Shown one piece after another: positions 11,001 to 21,336 of a stretch of 64,000 bases of DNA (positions are counted from its first letter, which is position 1; every line of letters begins with the position of its first letter). The notes beneath the pieces were generated by a model, which ran no database searches, had not been told where the DNA came from, and worked only from the letters and a program-made list of their open reading frames with translations. Source of the DNA: Candidatus Bathyarchaeota archaeon (lineage in GTDB: Archaea; Thermoproteota; Bathyarchaeia; Bathyarchaeales; Bathycorpusculaceae); contig CAVYHV010000006.1 of assembly GCA_963768425.1 (NCBI GenBank), positions 64,001-128,000 on the forward strand, in the 5' to 3' direction. The position numbers and the translations under genes are program-made.

Positions 11001-11423
11001 TTGATGCTAATGTGCATCTCAGAAAGCGTCGAAGAATACTTAGAAACACTCTGGAAATCAGAAGAGCAAGGAGAAAAAATTACCCACTTGACTTGGATAG
11101 CTGACCATCTGGGCGTAGCGGCGCCAAGCGCTCTGGAAATGCTTAAGAAACTAGAAAAAGAAGGCCTCGTAATCTACAAAGTGCGGCAGGGCATCGAACT
11201 TACAAGCGAGGGGCGGAAAATAGCTAGGAGAATCGTTCGAGCTCACAGGCTCACTGAAGTTTTGATGAAAGAAACTTTGAAGACTGATGTTCGGGAAGAA
11301 ACAGTTTGCGGCATGGAGCATCATATGGATGAAGAATTTATGGATGCGCTGTGCACGCTGCTGAACCATCCGACCATATGCCCCCATGGACGACCCATCC
11401 CCAAAGGCAAATGCTGCCCGTAG
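11001..11423 (+). CDS. DtxR/MntR-family metal-dependent transcriptional regulator
   Basis: EEYLE, IADHLGV..PS..EMLKKL, HRLTE, MEHH, CPHGRPIP. Confidence 0.93.
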   Translation: MMLMCISESVEEYLETLWKSEEQGEKITHLTWIADHLGVAAPSALEMLKKLEKEGLVIYKVRQGIELTSEGRKIARRIVRAHRLTEVLMKETLKTDVREETVCGMEHHMDEEFMDALCTLLNHPTICPHGRPIPKGKCCP

Positions 11424-11532
11424 AGCTGATTTTTAGATTGGCGCTACTAAGCAATTCAGGTTAAAAACTGATGTAGAGATGCGAATCCTTTTTGTCTTCG
11501 TGCATTCCATAAGTTCTCTTTAAGGGAAAATT

Positions 11533-12398
11533 GTGCCTTTGATAGCGAAGTTTGACCCTTGGCAAAGTGGACTGTGTACTTGCCCGTCCAAGCTTACTTT
11601 CAACCCTTACACGGGTTGTGATCACCAATGCATCTATTGCTACGCCTCCAGCTACATCCTAAACTTCCGGGATTGCAGACCTAAAAAAGAGTTGGTTGCC
11701 ATTTTGAAGCGTGAAGCAGCAAAGCTTAATGGCGAAACAATCTCGTTGTCAAACTCATCCGATCCGTACCCGCGTGCAGAAGTTTCTGAAGGCTTGACTA
11801 GACGGTGCCTTGAAATCCTTTCCGAGAGCAAATGTAAAATCCAAATCATTACCAAAAGTAATTTGGTGGTAAGGGATGATGATTTGCTTAGGAAGGTGCC
11901 TTCAACGGTTGCGTTAACAATAACGACCGAGGATGATACTATAGGAAAACTGATGGAGCCGTTTGCTCCTTTGCCTTCTCAGCGTCTTAGAGCAGCCAAG
12001 ATCTTATCAAGGCTGGGATACCCGTCTCGGTAAGAATAGACCCAATTATACCTTTAGTGAACGACCAGCCGCAAGAACTAATCTCTACATTGGCAAAAAT
12101 AGGCATCAAACACTTAACTTGCTCAACTTACAAGGCTAAACCAGACAATTGGATGCGTTTCGCAAAAGCTATGCCAAAAAATGCAGAAAAAATCAAACAT
12201 CTTTATTTTCAGCAAGGCGAAAAAGTAGGCGGTAATACGCTTCTGCCCAAAGAAATCAGATATAAGATTCTTAGAAATGTCCGAGAGATGGCGCTGGCAG
12301 AGGGAATAAAATTTGGGGTGTGCAGAGAAGGATTAAAAGAGTTAAACACGGCGCCTTGCGATGGGTCGTGGCTTATGCCTAAATCTAAGGAGGTTTGA
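11533..12398 (+). CDS. Radical SAM protein, spore-photoproduct-lyase-like (indel near 12000)
   Basis: NPYTGCDHQCIYCYA (CxxxCxxC), SDPY, ITKS, EPFAP; C-terminal half in 12057..12398. Confidence 0.85.
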
Positions 12399-12401
12399 CT
12401 C

Positions 12402-13498
12402 ATGCCGACTCGTGTGATTATGCTTGTGGATTTCGACTATTTCTATGCGCAATGCGAGGAGCTACGCAACCCAGCCATCAAGGACAAACCAGTTGTCGTC
12501 GGCGTCTACTCGGGACGCACAGAAAGCAGCGGAGCTGTCAGCACAAGCAACTATGTCGCAAGAAAATACGGCGTAAAATCAGGCATGCCGTTGTTCATGG
12601 CTAAGCGAAGGCTTGAGGATCTGGAACGCGGTTTTCCTGCCAGTTGACCACGAATACTACGACCAAATAAGCGACCGTATAATGCAGATTCTGAAGAGCT
12701 ACGCGTCCAGCCTAGAGCAGGTCAGCGTTGACGAGGCATACCTGGACGTTACGGAGCAAGTCCAGACCAGCTTCGAGAAAGCTAAAGATTACGCGCAAAA
12801 ACTCAAAGAAAATGTGAAGAGTCAAATCGGGATTTCTTTTTCGATTGGCGTTGGACCGAACAAGCTTGTAGCGAAGATTGCCTGCGACAGCCAGAAACCC
12901 GACGGCTTAACAATCGTGAAGCCTGAAGAAGCAAAGAGTTTCCTTGCGCCTTTAGCAGTTGATCGGCTGTTAGGTGTAGGCAAAAAAACCTCGGCGGTTA
13001 TGGAATCTTTAGGCATTAAAACAGTCGGAGACCTGGCAGCTTTCGACGTGCAACGGCTGGTAGCGATTTGGGGAAAAATACTGGGTGTCTATTTTCACAA
13101 TGCAGCTAACGCCATTGACAATGAACCCGTACAGGAACAAGGTGAAGCAGAATCTATAAGCCGTATTGGTACGTTGAAGCAGGATTCCCGTGACTTGGAA
13201 TTTGTCTTGCAAAAAACTGACGAGCTAACTGAAGATGTAGCAAAAGATGTTGCTGTGAGAAGTCTGAGTTTCAGGCAAGTCGCAATCTACGCCGTATTGA
13301 CGGATTTAAGTAGCAAAACTCGGTCTGTAACGCTGGAGCAACCAGCCAAGAGACAAAGAAACAATTAATAGGAACGTCAGGGACTTGTTTGAAAAATTTT
13401 TAGGGGAAACCCCGCTTGAAGTTCGCAGAGTCGGCGTTAAAGTCTCCGGTTTCAGCAAGGAAGAGCCCAATCAAAAGCAGCTCACACATTTCTTCTAA
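12402..13498 (+). CDS. dinB: Y-family DNA polymerase IV (two apparent indels)
   Basis: [46 protein letters not shown]; repaired C-terminus ends QKQLTHFF* (PIP box). Confidence 0.93.
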
Positions 13499-13546
13499 AC
13501 AAGCTATTACGTAAGCAAACTTTTATTCTAATGTAGCCTCTTACAT

Positions 13547-14158
13547 TTGAAGGTCAAATCTTTGAGTCGTGAAAAGCCGAATAAGAAAAGACTGCCGCCT
13601 GACCAACAAGCAACTGGACACCTTTTACGTTGGGGCATCGACCACCCGGGCATTACCTCAACTAACCCTCAAATAAAACTTGAAACGTACACGTTAACCG
13701 TGGACGGGGAAGTAGAAAACCCAGTTGCACTGAATTGGAACGACTTTATGAAGTTGCCTAAAACCGTTTCAGTGAGCGATTTTCACTGTGTTGAGGGCTG
13801 GAGCGTTCTGGACTGCAAATGGGAAGGCGTAAAAATCAGTGATATCGAAAAACTTGTCAAACCGAAAGATGTCGCTAAAGCTGTGACTTTTGAATCGGCG
13901 GACTCGTACACAACTTCGCTTTTCCGAGAAGAACTCAAAGGCAACGATGTGCTACTTGCCTACAAGCTTAACGATGTTGTGCTTGAAGAAGGCTATGGGT
14001 TTCCTGTGCGGCTCGTAGTTCCAAGCAAATATGCTTACAAAAGCGCATTGTGGGTGGTCCATTTGCAATTTACCCGCGGCAAAGCTTTAGGTTTCTGGGA
14101 GCGCCGCGGATATAGCGACAGTGCAGACGTATGGAAAAATGACCGTTTCAGACGTTAA
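13547..14158 (+). CDS. Molybdopterin-dependent oxidoreductase (sulfite oxidase/YuiH-like)
   Basis: DFHCVEGWS, GFPVRLVVP..YAYKSA.W, GFWERRGY. Confidence 0.9.
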   Translation: MKVKSLSREKPNKKRLPPDQQATGHLLRWGIDHPGITSTNPQIKLETYTLTVDGEVENPVALNWNDFMKLPKTVSVSDFHCVEGWSVLDCKWEGVKISDIEKLVKPKDVAKAVTFESADSYTTSLFREELKGNDVLLAYKLNDVVLEEGYGFPVRLVVPSKYAYKSALWVVHLQFTRGKALGFWERRGYSDSADVWKNDRFRR

Positions 14159-14304
14159 AACACAGGAGTTAGCATAAACAACACTTTGTAGTCGAATTAG
14201 TTTCGTTCGATAACTTAAAGAATACAAAATAATCCTTCCAAACGCAGAATAACGTTTATAAGCTGGCTTTAATACCGATGGGGGACATCAAAGAGGTTTA
14301 AATT

Positions 14305-14520
14305 ATGACTCAAGAAAACACAAAGGCACGACCAGACCAAAAATGCAAGCTGCTAACAGATAGTGTCACCGCCGGATGCGCCGCTATTACTGCGCAAAGC
14401 AGCAAGCAAAAAAGTGCCCTTGCACAAAAGAAAAGAAGAAGCCAAGAAAACACTTTACCTGAACAGGATATAAGCCAAAACACCGTGCTTCTTCGTAAAA
14501 CATTTTTTCATGCGGTTTAA
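14305..14520 (+). CDS. Possible small hypothetical protein
   Basis: ATG preceded by GAGGT and an upstream TTTATAA; no recognisable family; frame may be disrupted. Confidence 0.3.
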   Translation: MTQENTKARPDQKCKLLTDSVTAGCAAITAQSSKQKSALAQKKRRSQENTLPEQDISQNTVLLRKTFFHAV

Positions 14521-14571
14521 TTCTTTTATACTAGATTACCATCGGCTTAAAGCATTGAGCAGGCTGTAAAC

Positions 14572-15018
14572 TTGGATTGCACTGAAGCCAAACAGGGAAG
14601 AATCTTCATTCTCAGACTTCACCAAGGAGAGCGAATTCACGAAGTTATAGAAAAATTTGCTATCGAAAAACAAGTTGCAAGCGCACTATGTTTCTTTATT
14701 GGCGGTGCGGAAGACAAAAGCAAAGTCGTTGTAGGACCGAAAGACGGTGCCGTTCTTCCTCCTGAACCGATGGTAACCCTCCTTAAAGGTGTCCACGAAG
14801 GCTGCGGAGTAGGAACCATCTTCAAAGATGAAACAGGAAAACCCAAGCTCCATATGCATGCCAGTTTTGGAAGAAATGACAACGCGGTTACAGGCTGCGT
14901 GCGCTTTGGCGTGGATGTTTGGCAAATCGGTGAAGTCGTCATATTGGAACTTGTCGATGCTTCTGCTAGGCGAGCTAAAGATGAGGAAACTGGTTTTGAA
15001 CTTTTAGACGTTGGATAG
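14572..15018 (+). CDS. PPC/DUF296-domain protein (AF0104-like)
   Basis: GRIFILRL..GE, IGG, HMHASFG, EVVILE. Confidence 0.85.
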   Translation: MDCTEAKQGRIFILRLHQGERIHEVIEKFAIEKQVASALCFFIGGAEDKSKVVVGPKDGAVLPPEPMVTLLKGVHEGCGVGTIFKDETGKPKLHMHASFGRNDNAVTGCVRFGVDVWQIGEVVILELVDASARRAKDEETGFELLDVG

Positions 15019-15020
15019 AG

Positions 15021-16633
15021 CTATGTTTGGGTTTGGTTGAACCGCACCAAAAAGAGCCTATTGGGCATTTGGCCGAAGAACGGTTGGTCTGTTGGGACAC
15101 CGAATCTGCCTGTGCTGTAAATCATCTGGAGAATGTCGGCGTATGTTAAAGTGGTGTTGTAGAACTGGGTGTTAGAACCGTAATCGTAAAGGATTAGGTA
15201 TTTTACGTTGCGTTGTTCGCAAAGGCTCACGAATTGGGTTATGTTGAAGTTGATTGTGTAAGCGTCGACGGCTAAGCTGGGGTATTGCCAAATTTGGTTT
15301 GGCGACATGTTTTCAGGTAAGTAAAAACGGAACATGTCTTCGTCTAAAAGGTTGAAAGCACAAACAATAACCGCAGACTGGTTCTGACCTAAATGGCTAG
15401 ATAGATAGGCGGTTGTTTCCGCTATTGGGATATTTGTTTGGTCTCGAATAGTCATTTGGTACGCGTTGTCGGCGCTGTACAGAATAGTGGATGCGGCAAG
15501 GAAAATGAAAAGCGCCGTTCCCAACTTCTTAATTGGCACTCTACTTGGCGCTACCTGCTTAGGCTGCCACGAACGGATCTTCCCATAAAGAAACATGAGA
15601 AAACTTGCAGCTGAAATGGCCAAAATCGGAAAAACCGGGTCGACGTAGCGCCATTGCCTGTTTGGAATAACCGTGAAGAAAACGTAGACTGCCAAGAACC
15701 ATGTTAGAAGGAATACATCTTGTTTTTTTCTCCGATAAGCAAACAGACCCAAGCCAGCTAAGCCTAAAACCATGATGGGTATGGAGATTGGGTGTACCGC
15801 TATATCTTGGAATGGCGAAGTTAATTCAATCAAGTAGTAAACTGGAACAAAGAATCGGTTGCTATACGCGGGGGTATTTTGGGAGCCGTTTTCCAATACA
15901 GAAGTTATGGTTTGGAATTTTGTTTGGCCGTCAATTTGGTAAACCATCAAAAACCATGGGGCGACAACCAGTATCGCGATAACAAATATTACTAAGAGTT
16001 TGGCTAAACTTATCTTCAATCTTTTTCTAACAAAATCAGCACGCTAAAAGCCATAGCTATCGCTGCTACAGCCATTTGATATTTCGCAAGAATACCTACA
16101 CCAAAGACTATGCCGCTGAAAACAAGGGCTTTGTAGTTGTTCTTAGTTATCCAAGAATAGAAAAGAAACATTAACGCTGTGAAAAAGAAAATAAGTATCG
16201 TTTCAAGCATAGTCACCCTTGAAACCCAAAAGAAACCCGGAGTTACGCCGAGCAAAATACTCGCCAGCAAAGCATTTTTTGGGCCATACATTTTATTGGA
16301 TAACTCGAATACTGCCCAGACAGCGAGCAAAGCAAAAGTAACTGAAACTAGTCTGCCGGCAACGGTGGTTACACCGAAGATTTGTATGTACCCTGTTGTG
16401 ATGAGATCGAAAAGAGGCGGGTAGTAGCCATATGTTGTCAGGTATTGGTGTGGTTGGCCACGAGCTAACAGTAAAGCGCCGAATAAGTGAGGCATTTCAT
16501 CCCATTGCGGAGACATATAGCCGAGGCTTAGGGTCAACAGGTAACCGTAGATCACGACGAAAGCGAGAAAGGCCAGTCGCCATTTATTTGCTTTGACTCC
16601 AAGTTTTATCCGGGAGGCTGCCAGAGATGTCAC
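15021..16633 (-). CDS. GT-C fold glycosyltransferase (GT39/ArnT-like), split near 16020
   Basis: QWDEMPH, YYPPLF, GRLVS, LAKYQ, APWF, RQWRY; many TM segments. Confidence 0.82.
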
Positions 16634-16855
16634 TTGAAGGTTGCGTTGAACCCGGCGGGCTTGATTGTTTTATGGTCAGCCTCTCTCCCTTGCAACCACT
16701 ATTTCGTACTACGTAAAAAAGCGTTTGTTAAATTAGCCTTTGAGTCTTCAAATATTGAAAGCATCATATCCTTATTTACCCAAAAGAGTCTTATGGCAGC
16801 AGAATGAAAGGTAATGAAATCAAGCGTGCCTTGAAAAGCCGGCAAGAGCCTAACC

Positions 16856-17563
16856 ATGAAACTGTCTATCGTAATCCCTGCATATAACGAGGAAAAAAGG
16901 ATCAGACGGACTTTAGAGTGCTTGGTTGACCAGTTCAATGGTTCCTGTGAAATCTTAATCGTATCGGAAAGCAAGGATAAGACCAACGATATTGTAACGG
17001 AATTTTCCAGGAGTTCGGCGATTGTCAGACTGCTAGCCTCAAACGACCGTCTCGGAAAAGGGGGCGCTTTCAAGAAAGGGGTTGAAAACTCCCATGGCGA
17101 AATTATCATGCTTCTCGACAGCGATCTTCCAGTGCCAGTTTCAGACGTTGAGAAAGTAGCATCTTGCGTGGGCGGAACCGATATCGCTGTAGCCTCACGA
17201 GAGGTTGCCGGGACAGAAATTTTGGTTTATCCTCCCCTTGTAAGGGTCTTCGCGGGCAAAGCCTTTTCCCGAATATTCAATGCCCTATTCAACCTCAACG
17301 TCAAAGACACTCAATGTGGCTGCAAAGCCTTCAAAAGAGAGGCGCTCCAAAATGTCCTCAGCATGGTCGAGAGTAACGGCTTCGAGTTTGACGCGGAGCT
17401 ACTTTTTAAATGCAAACGCAATGGGTACACGATCAAAGAAGTTCCTGTGACTTGGAGTTACAAGCCTGATTCAAAGCTTAACCTATTTAGTGACACATTA
17501 AAGATGGGGAGGGGTGTTTTCAAGTTATGGCTGAAAACCTACATAGTCACGCAGAAGACTTAG
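16856..17563 (+). CDS. GT2 dolichyl-phosphate glycosyltransferase (Alg5-like)
   Basis: SIVIPAYNEEKRI, GKGGA, LDSD, DTQCGCKAF, FEFDAELL. Confidence 0.9.
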   Translation: MKLSIVIPAYNEEKRIRRTLECLVDQFNGSCEILIVSESKDKTNDIVTEFSRSSAIVRLLASNDRLGKGGAFKKGVENSHGEIIMLLDSDLPVPVSDVEKVASCVGGTDIAVASREVAGTEILVYPPLVRVFAGKAFSRIFNALFNLNVKDTQCGCKAFKREALQNVLSMVESNGFEFDAELLFKCKRNGYTIKEVPVTWSYKPDSKLNLFSDTLKMGRGVFKLWLKTYIVTQKT

Positions 17564-18207
17564 AGCGAATTGAAGAAACCGATTTTTGGAGCAAAGTGAA
17601 AGTCAAACTAATCTTGGGTCTGGTCGAAGGCAAAGACGTTTTGGACATCGGCTGCGGCTCAGGACGGCTTTCTAAAACGTTGTTGAACAGGGGCTTTAAG
17701 GTAGTCGCAATAGATACTGATTACAAAGCGGTTGAAATTGCAAAAAAGAAAGGAATCACCGCATTTGTATCCGACATTAACGAGTGGACAACCGATGAGA
17801 AATTTGACTGCATCGTTCTTGGCGACGTGCTGGAGCATATTGAAGATGACAATTCAGCTATGAGAAAAGTTCACGGCATGCTAAAACCCAACGGTTGCAT
17901 CGTGGTGAACGTGCCGTCCTACCCGTTTTTGTTCGGCAAACACGACGTAGCTTTGGGACATAAACGAAGATACTCTGATAACGAGCTTAAAACCAAGCTA
18001 AAAGCAGCAGGATTCAAAATCGAATATTTCAGACACTGGAATTTACTTGCTTTTCCCATAACAGTATTGACCAAAATTTCCAAAAAAGATTATCCGCATG
18101 AAACAGTATCAAACATAACTGCATTGTCCAAACTTCTTGAGAAACTCTTACTGTTGGAAGCAAGAGCAAACTACTTGTTTGGTATTTCCATTCTATGCAA
18201 AGTCTAG
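17527..18207 (+). CDS. Class I SAM-dependent methyltransferase
   Basis: VLDIGCGSG, DVLEHIEDD, LKPNG, HD..LGH.RRY. Confidence 0.9.
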   Translation: MAENLHSHAEDLERIEETDFWSKVKVKLILGLVEGKDVLDIGCGSGRLSKTLLNRGFKVVAIDTDYKAVEIAKKKGITAFVSDINEWTTDEKFDCIVLGDVLEHIEDDNSAMRKVHGMLKPNGCIVVNVPSYPFLFGKHDVALGHKRRYSDNELKTKLKAAGFKIEYFRHWNLLAFPITVLTKISKKDYPHETVSNITALSKLLEKLLLLEARANYLFGISILCKV

Positions 18208-18491
18208 GATGTAGTCGTTAAGGGACAGTTTGTATTTTGGCTTTCAAAGAAAAAAGCTATTTTGTTTGTTAGGCTAATGCAACCATTAGAAGTTCCATCT
18301 CCATTTTCTAAAATGAAGGTCGCGATTAGCTGTCATTGACCCCAGAACGTTCGGGATTTCTTGTTGCTATTTGGGAAATCAACAAGTTTCAATGTTTCTT
18401 CTCATTGCTTGCTTTAACGGCACATATTAAGTCCTATGGGTCCAGCAGTGACAAGCAATAGCAACTCAGAGAGCAAACCTGTTAGAATACA

Positions 18492-18932
18492 GTGTCAGCT
18501 TTTCGAGTGGATCGAGAAGAGTTGAGGTGTCTAGGTGCGAATATTGCATTAAGAGAATTGAAGGGTATACTAATTAATCGGTGGCTGCCTTTTAGTTTGA
18601 GGCTTTGGAAGTCGTTGGAAGCAAGTTGGAAAACTTTTCATCTTCAAGAACTGAATTGGCTAATATTTTTTCCCAGTACAGGAAATGAAGGCAGAAAATA
18701 CTTGTATTACTCCGTGGAGTTCACAGATCGAACCAAGGGTAATGCAAGAGCAAAAGTCTGTTTAGAAGAAATTGTGGACAATCCTGTGTTCGAAAAAAGT
18801 TATCCTCATTCCGTCGGTTATTTCAAGGGATCAGTTTATGAAAAAGAAGTGTTGGGTTCTTTTTATCTTGAGATTAGAATCATTAAGTGTATTGAGGATT
18901 TTTGGAAATTTCTAAACGATTTGGACATCTAA
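18492..18932 (+). CDS. Hypothetical protein (start uncertain)
   Basis: Open frame with a protein-like C-terminal half (EKSYPHSVGYF..FWKFLNDLDI); no family recognised. Confidence 0.45.
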   Translation: MSAFRVDREELRCLGANIALRELKGILINRWLPFSLRLWKSLEASWKTFHLQELNWLIFFPSTGNEGRKYLYYSVEFTDRTKGNARAKVCLEEIVDNPVFEKSYPHSVGYFKGSVYEKEVLGSFYLEIRIIKCIEDFWKFLNDLDI

Positions 18933-19146
18933 TTAAAGTACTTGACTTCCTGCTTTGTCGATCTTATAATAAATGAGGTAATGAGGAGCTGGGCGACTTG
19001 GGGCTACGATGTGTGCGTTTTTACCATGTCAATCTTCTGAAGCGGAATTCATTGAAAATTTTTTGGTTCTCCCAAGAAGGCAGTCAAAATAAATTCCCTG
19101 TTGAGTGCCTTATGGCGGTGAAAAGCTTTTTCACGAACAATATTTA

Positions 19147-20313
19147 TCATGCCTGTGAGGCTACTGAGGCTATAATTCTTGCTGCTGTGCTCAAATCCAT
19201 CTTTCCTGTGTTCAAAACCAAATCATAATTCGCTTGATCTTCCCAATCGATGTTGTAAAATCTTCTCAGATATTCAGCCGCTGCTTTGTCATTCTCTTCA
19301 ACCAGCTTTAGAGCGTCCTCGCGACTCAATCCGCCACTCTTCATGATTCTTTCAACTCTAACCTCAACAGGAGCAATGATCCTCACGTGAAGCACGCCTA
19401 CTTTATTTTTTAATATTGCTTGTCCGCCTCGTCCTACAATAACTGTTTTTCTTCTGCTAGCCAAGTTATTGATGACCACTTGAATCACAGAGAGGCATTC
19501 ATCTTCGTCAAGGGTTTTACTGATTTGTGCATTGTCTTTCGGGTCAAGGGATGCAGCGACAAGTTTCTTGCGAAGTAAAATTCTATCTACGAGACTCGAA
19601 ACCTTGTAAGTATCTTCAGACAAGTCCGCAATGTTTTCCTCAGAAACACCAAGGCTTTTGGCCACACTTACCATCAAACTCTTGTCGAAATATGCATACC
19701 CAAGAATCTTGCTGACGTCCAATGCAATTTCGTCTCCCCCGCTGCCCACCTGCCTCGAAATCGTTATGACAGTTGGCATGACCCACGCCACTTGTTCCTC
19801 CCCTAATTTATGTTCTAAGATCTTCCTGATTTCCTCATAACTTGGTTCATCATCTGGATTATCGGAAACCCACTTCGAACGTACAATGCCATTTTCATCA
19901 AGGATGAAAATTGCCCTTTTAGCAATTGGGTAACAGCCACTTCCCCAGCAACACGCCACAAATTGGCCCTGACGTCCAGCGAAATCAGGAACCTGCAATC
20001 CGTATGTTTCGAGGACTTCACGCTTGTAGTCGCTCAGTATGGGAAACGGTAATTTGTTCTTCACGGCAAGAATCTTATTCGAGAAAGGAACGTTTACATC
20101 TACTCCAACAATTTGAGCTTTCAAATCAATCAGCCGTGCCATCGAATCTCGGAAAATACAGATTTCTTTAGTGCATGTTGAAGTAAACGCTCCAACGAAG
20201 AAAACTAACACGACTTTTTGCCCTAAAAACTCTTTTAGGTTTCTAGTTATATTTTCCGCGTCGACAAGGCTGAAATCAGGCGCCTTGTCCCCGACTTTGA
20301 CCCCATTTGCCAT
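19147..20313 (-). CDS. Peroxiredoxin (BCP/PrxQ-like) fused to a cytidylate-kinase-like domain
   Basis: N-terminal GDKAPDF, AFTSTCTKEIC, FPILSD, KRAIFILD; C-terminal VITISRQVGSGG, VIVGRGG, YDLVLNT. Confidence 0.85.
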   Translation of the reverse strand: MANGVKVGDKAPDFSLVDAENITRNLKEFLGQKVVLVFFVGAFTSTCTKEICIFRDSMARLIDLKAQIVGVDVNVPFSNKILAVKNKLPFPILSDYKREVLETYGLQVPDFAGRQGQFVACCWGSGCYPIAKRAIFILDENGIVRSKWVSDNPDDEPSYEEIRKILEHKLGEEQVAWVMPTVITISRQVGSGGDEIALDVSKILGYAYFDKSLMVSVAKSLGVSEENIADLSEDTYKVSSLVDRILLRKKLVAASLDPKDNAQISKTLDEDECLSVIQVVINNLASRRKTVIVGRGGQAILKNKVGVLHVRIIAPVEVRVERIMKSGGLSREDALKLVEENDKAAAEYLRRFYNIDWEDQANYDLVLNTGKMDLSTAARIIASVASQA

Positions 20314-20498
20314 GAAAATCAGTTCTCCCTATATATACGAAGAGATACTCTTGTATAAATGGCTAATGCATAGCTAAGAGTGCAGTTGCTTCGGAGTCGA
20401 ACTGTTGATCCTTTGTTATCTGTTGTCCCGGAAAAATACTTTACAAAAAGATTTGAACATCGTATCTCCCAATTCCATTCAAAAAATAAACAGAAACG

Positions 20499-20994
20499 CT
20501 ATTCTGTTTCAGCTGTTCCATGCCATCTTCTTTCCAAGTAAAGAATCAAACTGAAAAGACCTCGGCTGAAAATTACCAAAAGAAGCAATTCGAAGTCTGA
20601 AAAATCTCTAGTAGCCACTGTTCGGATGATTTCTGCGCCTATGAAGAAGTTTAGACTTAACGTTAAGTAACCTGATAAGTAACGAGTAGAGGATGATGCT
20701 TGATAAGGATCTTTAAGTTTAAATTGAATAAATCGGATAACTACCAAAATGGCGCCAAAAGTGATTACACCTCCGCCGAAAAGATAGAGAGCGTATTCGG
20801 CTACAGTTAACACAACAAATATTGAATCGTAAATCGAACCGCCTGAAGTGTAGGTATTTCCCACGAGCAGGTTGACAAATCCCGGATAAACAAAACTAAG
20901 GCGGCGCAAAAAACAGCGGCAACACTTACAACTGATATCAAAATCAGTGCTAAGGAATTGCTTCTCGCTTTTTTTCTAATTGGCTTTCAGCCAT
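20499..20994 (-). CDS. DUF1622-like membrane protein (N-terminus frameshifted; probable ATG 20994)
   Basis: YLTLSLNFFIGAEIIRTV..R..S..L.LE pattern; upstream hydrophobic segment in shifted frames. Confidence 0.7.
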
Positions 20995-21336
20995 AAAATT
21001 TAAGCAACCTGTCCCTAATTTGTTAAGGTCTTTTCCCTTATAAATTTGATTTAAAGGTCGCATGTTTATCGAGGCAAAATTACAACATGTACGAAAGAAC
21101 ATGATCAAAATGCACTCAGCGGTAACTTTTTGAAGCGTTCTTGAACATTAAATCTTAATAAACATCTGTAAAATGGATAGCCATGAAAAACTCAATGAAC
21201 AATTGCAACTTACGCAAAAATTGAAGAATGTTTTAGTCGATTGCTGATTGTGGGGTGCTCACCTACGTGTAGGTTAGGTTCACTTCTTCACGCTGCTGTG
21301 TTTTTCGATCAGGTTTCGATTCCCAGAATGTTGTCG

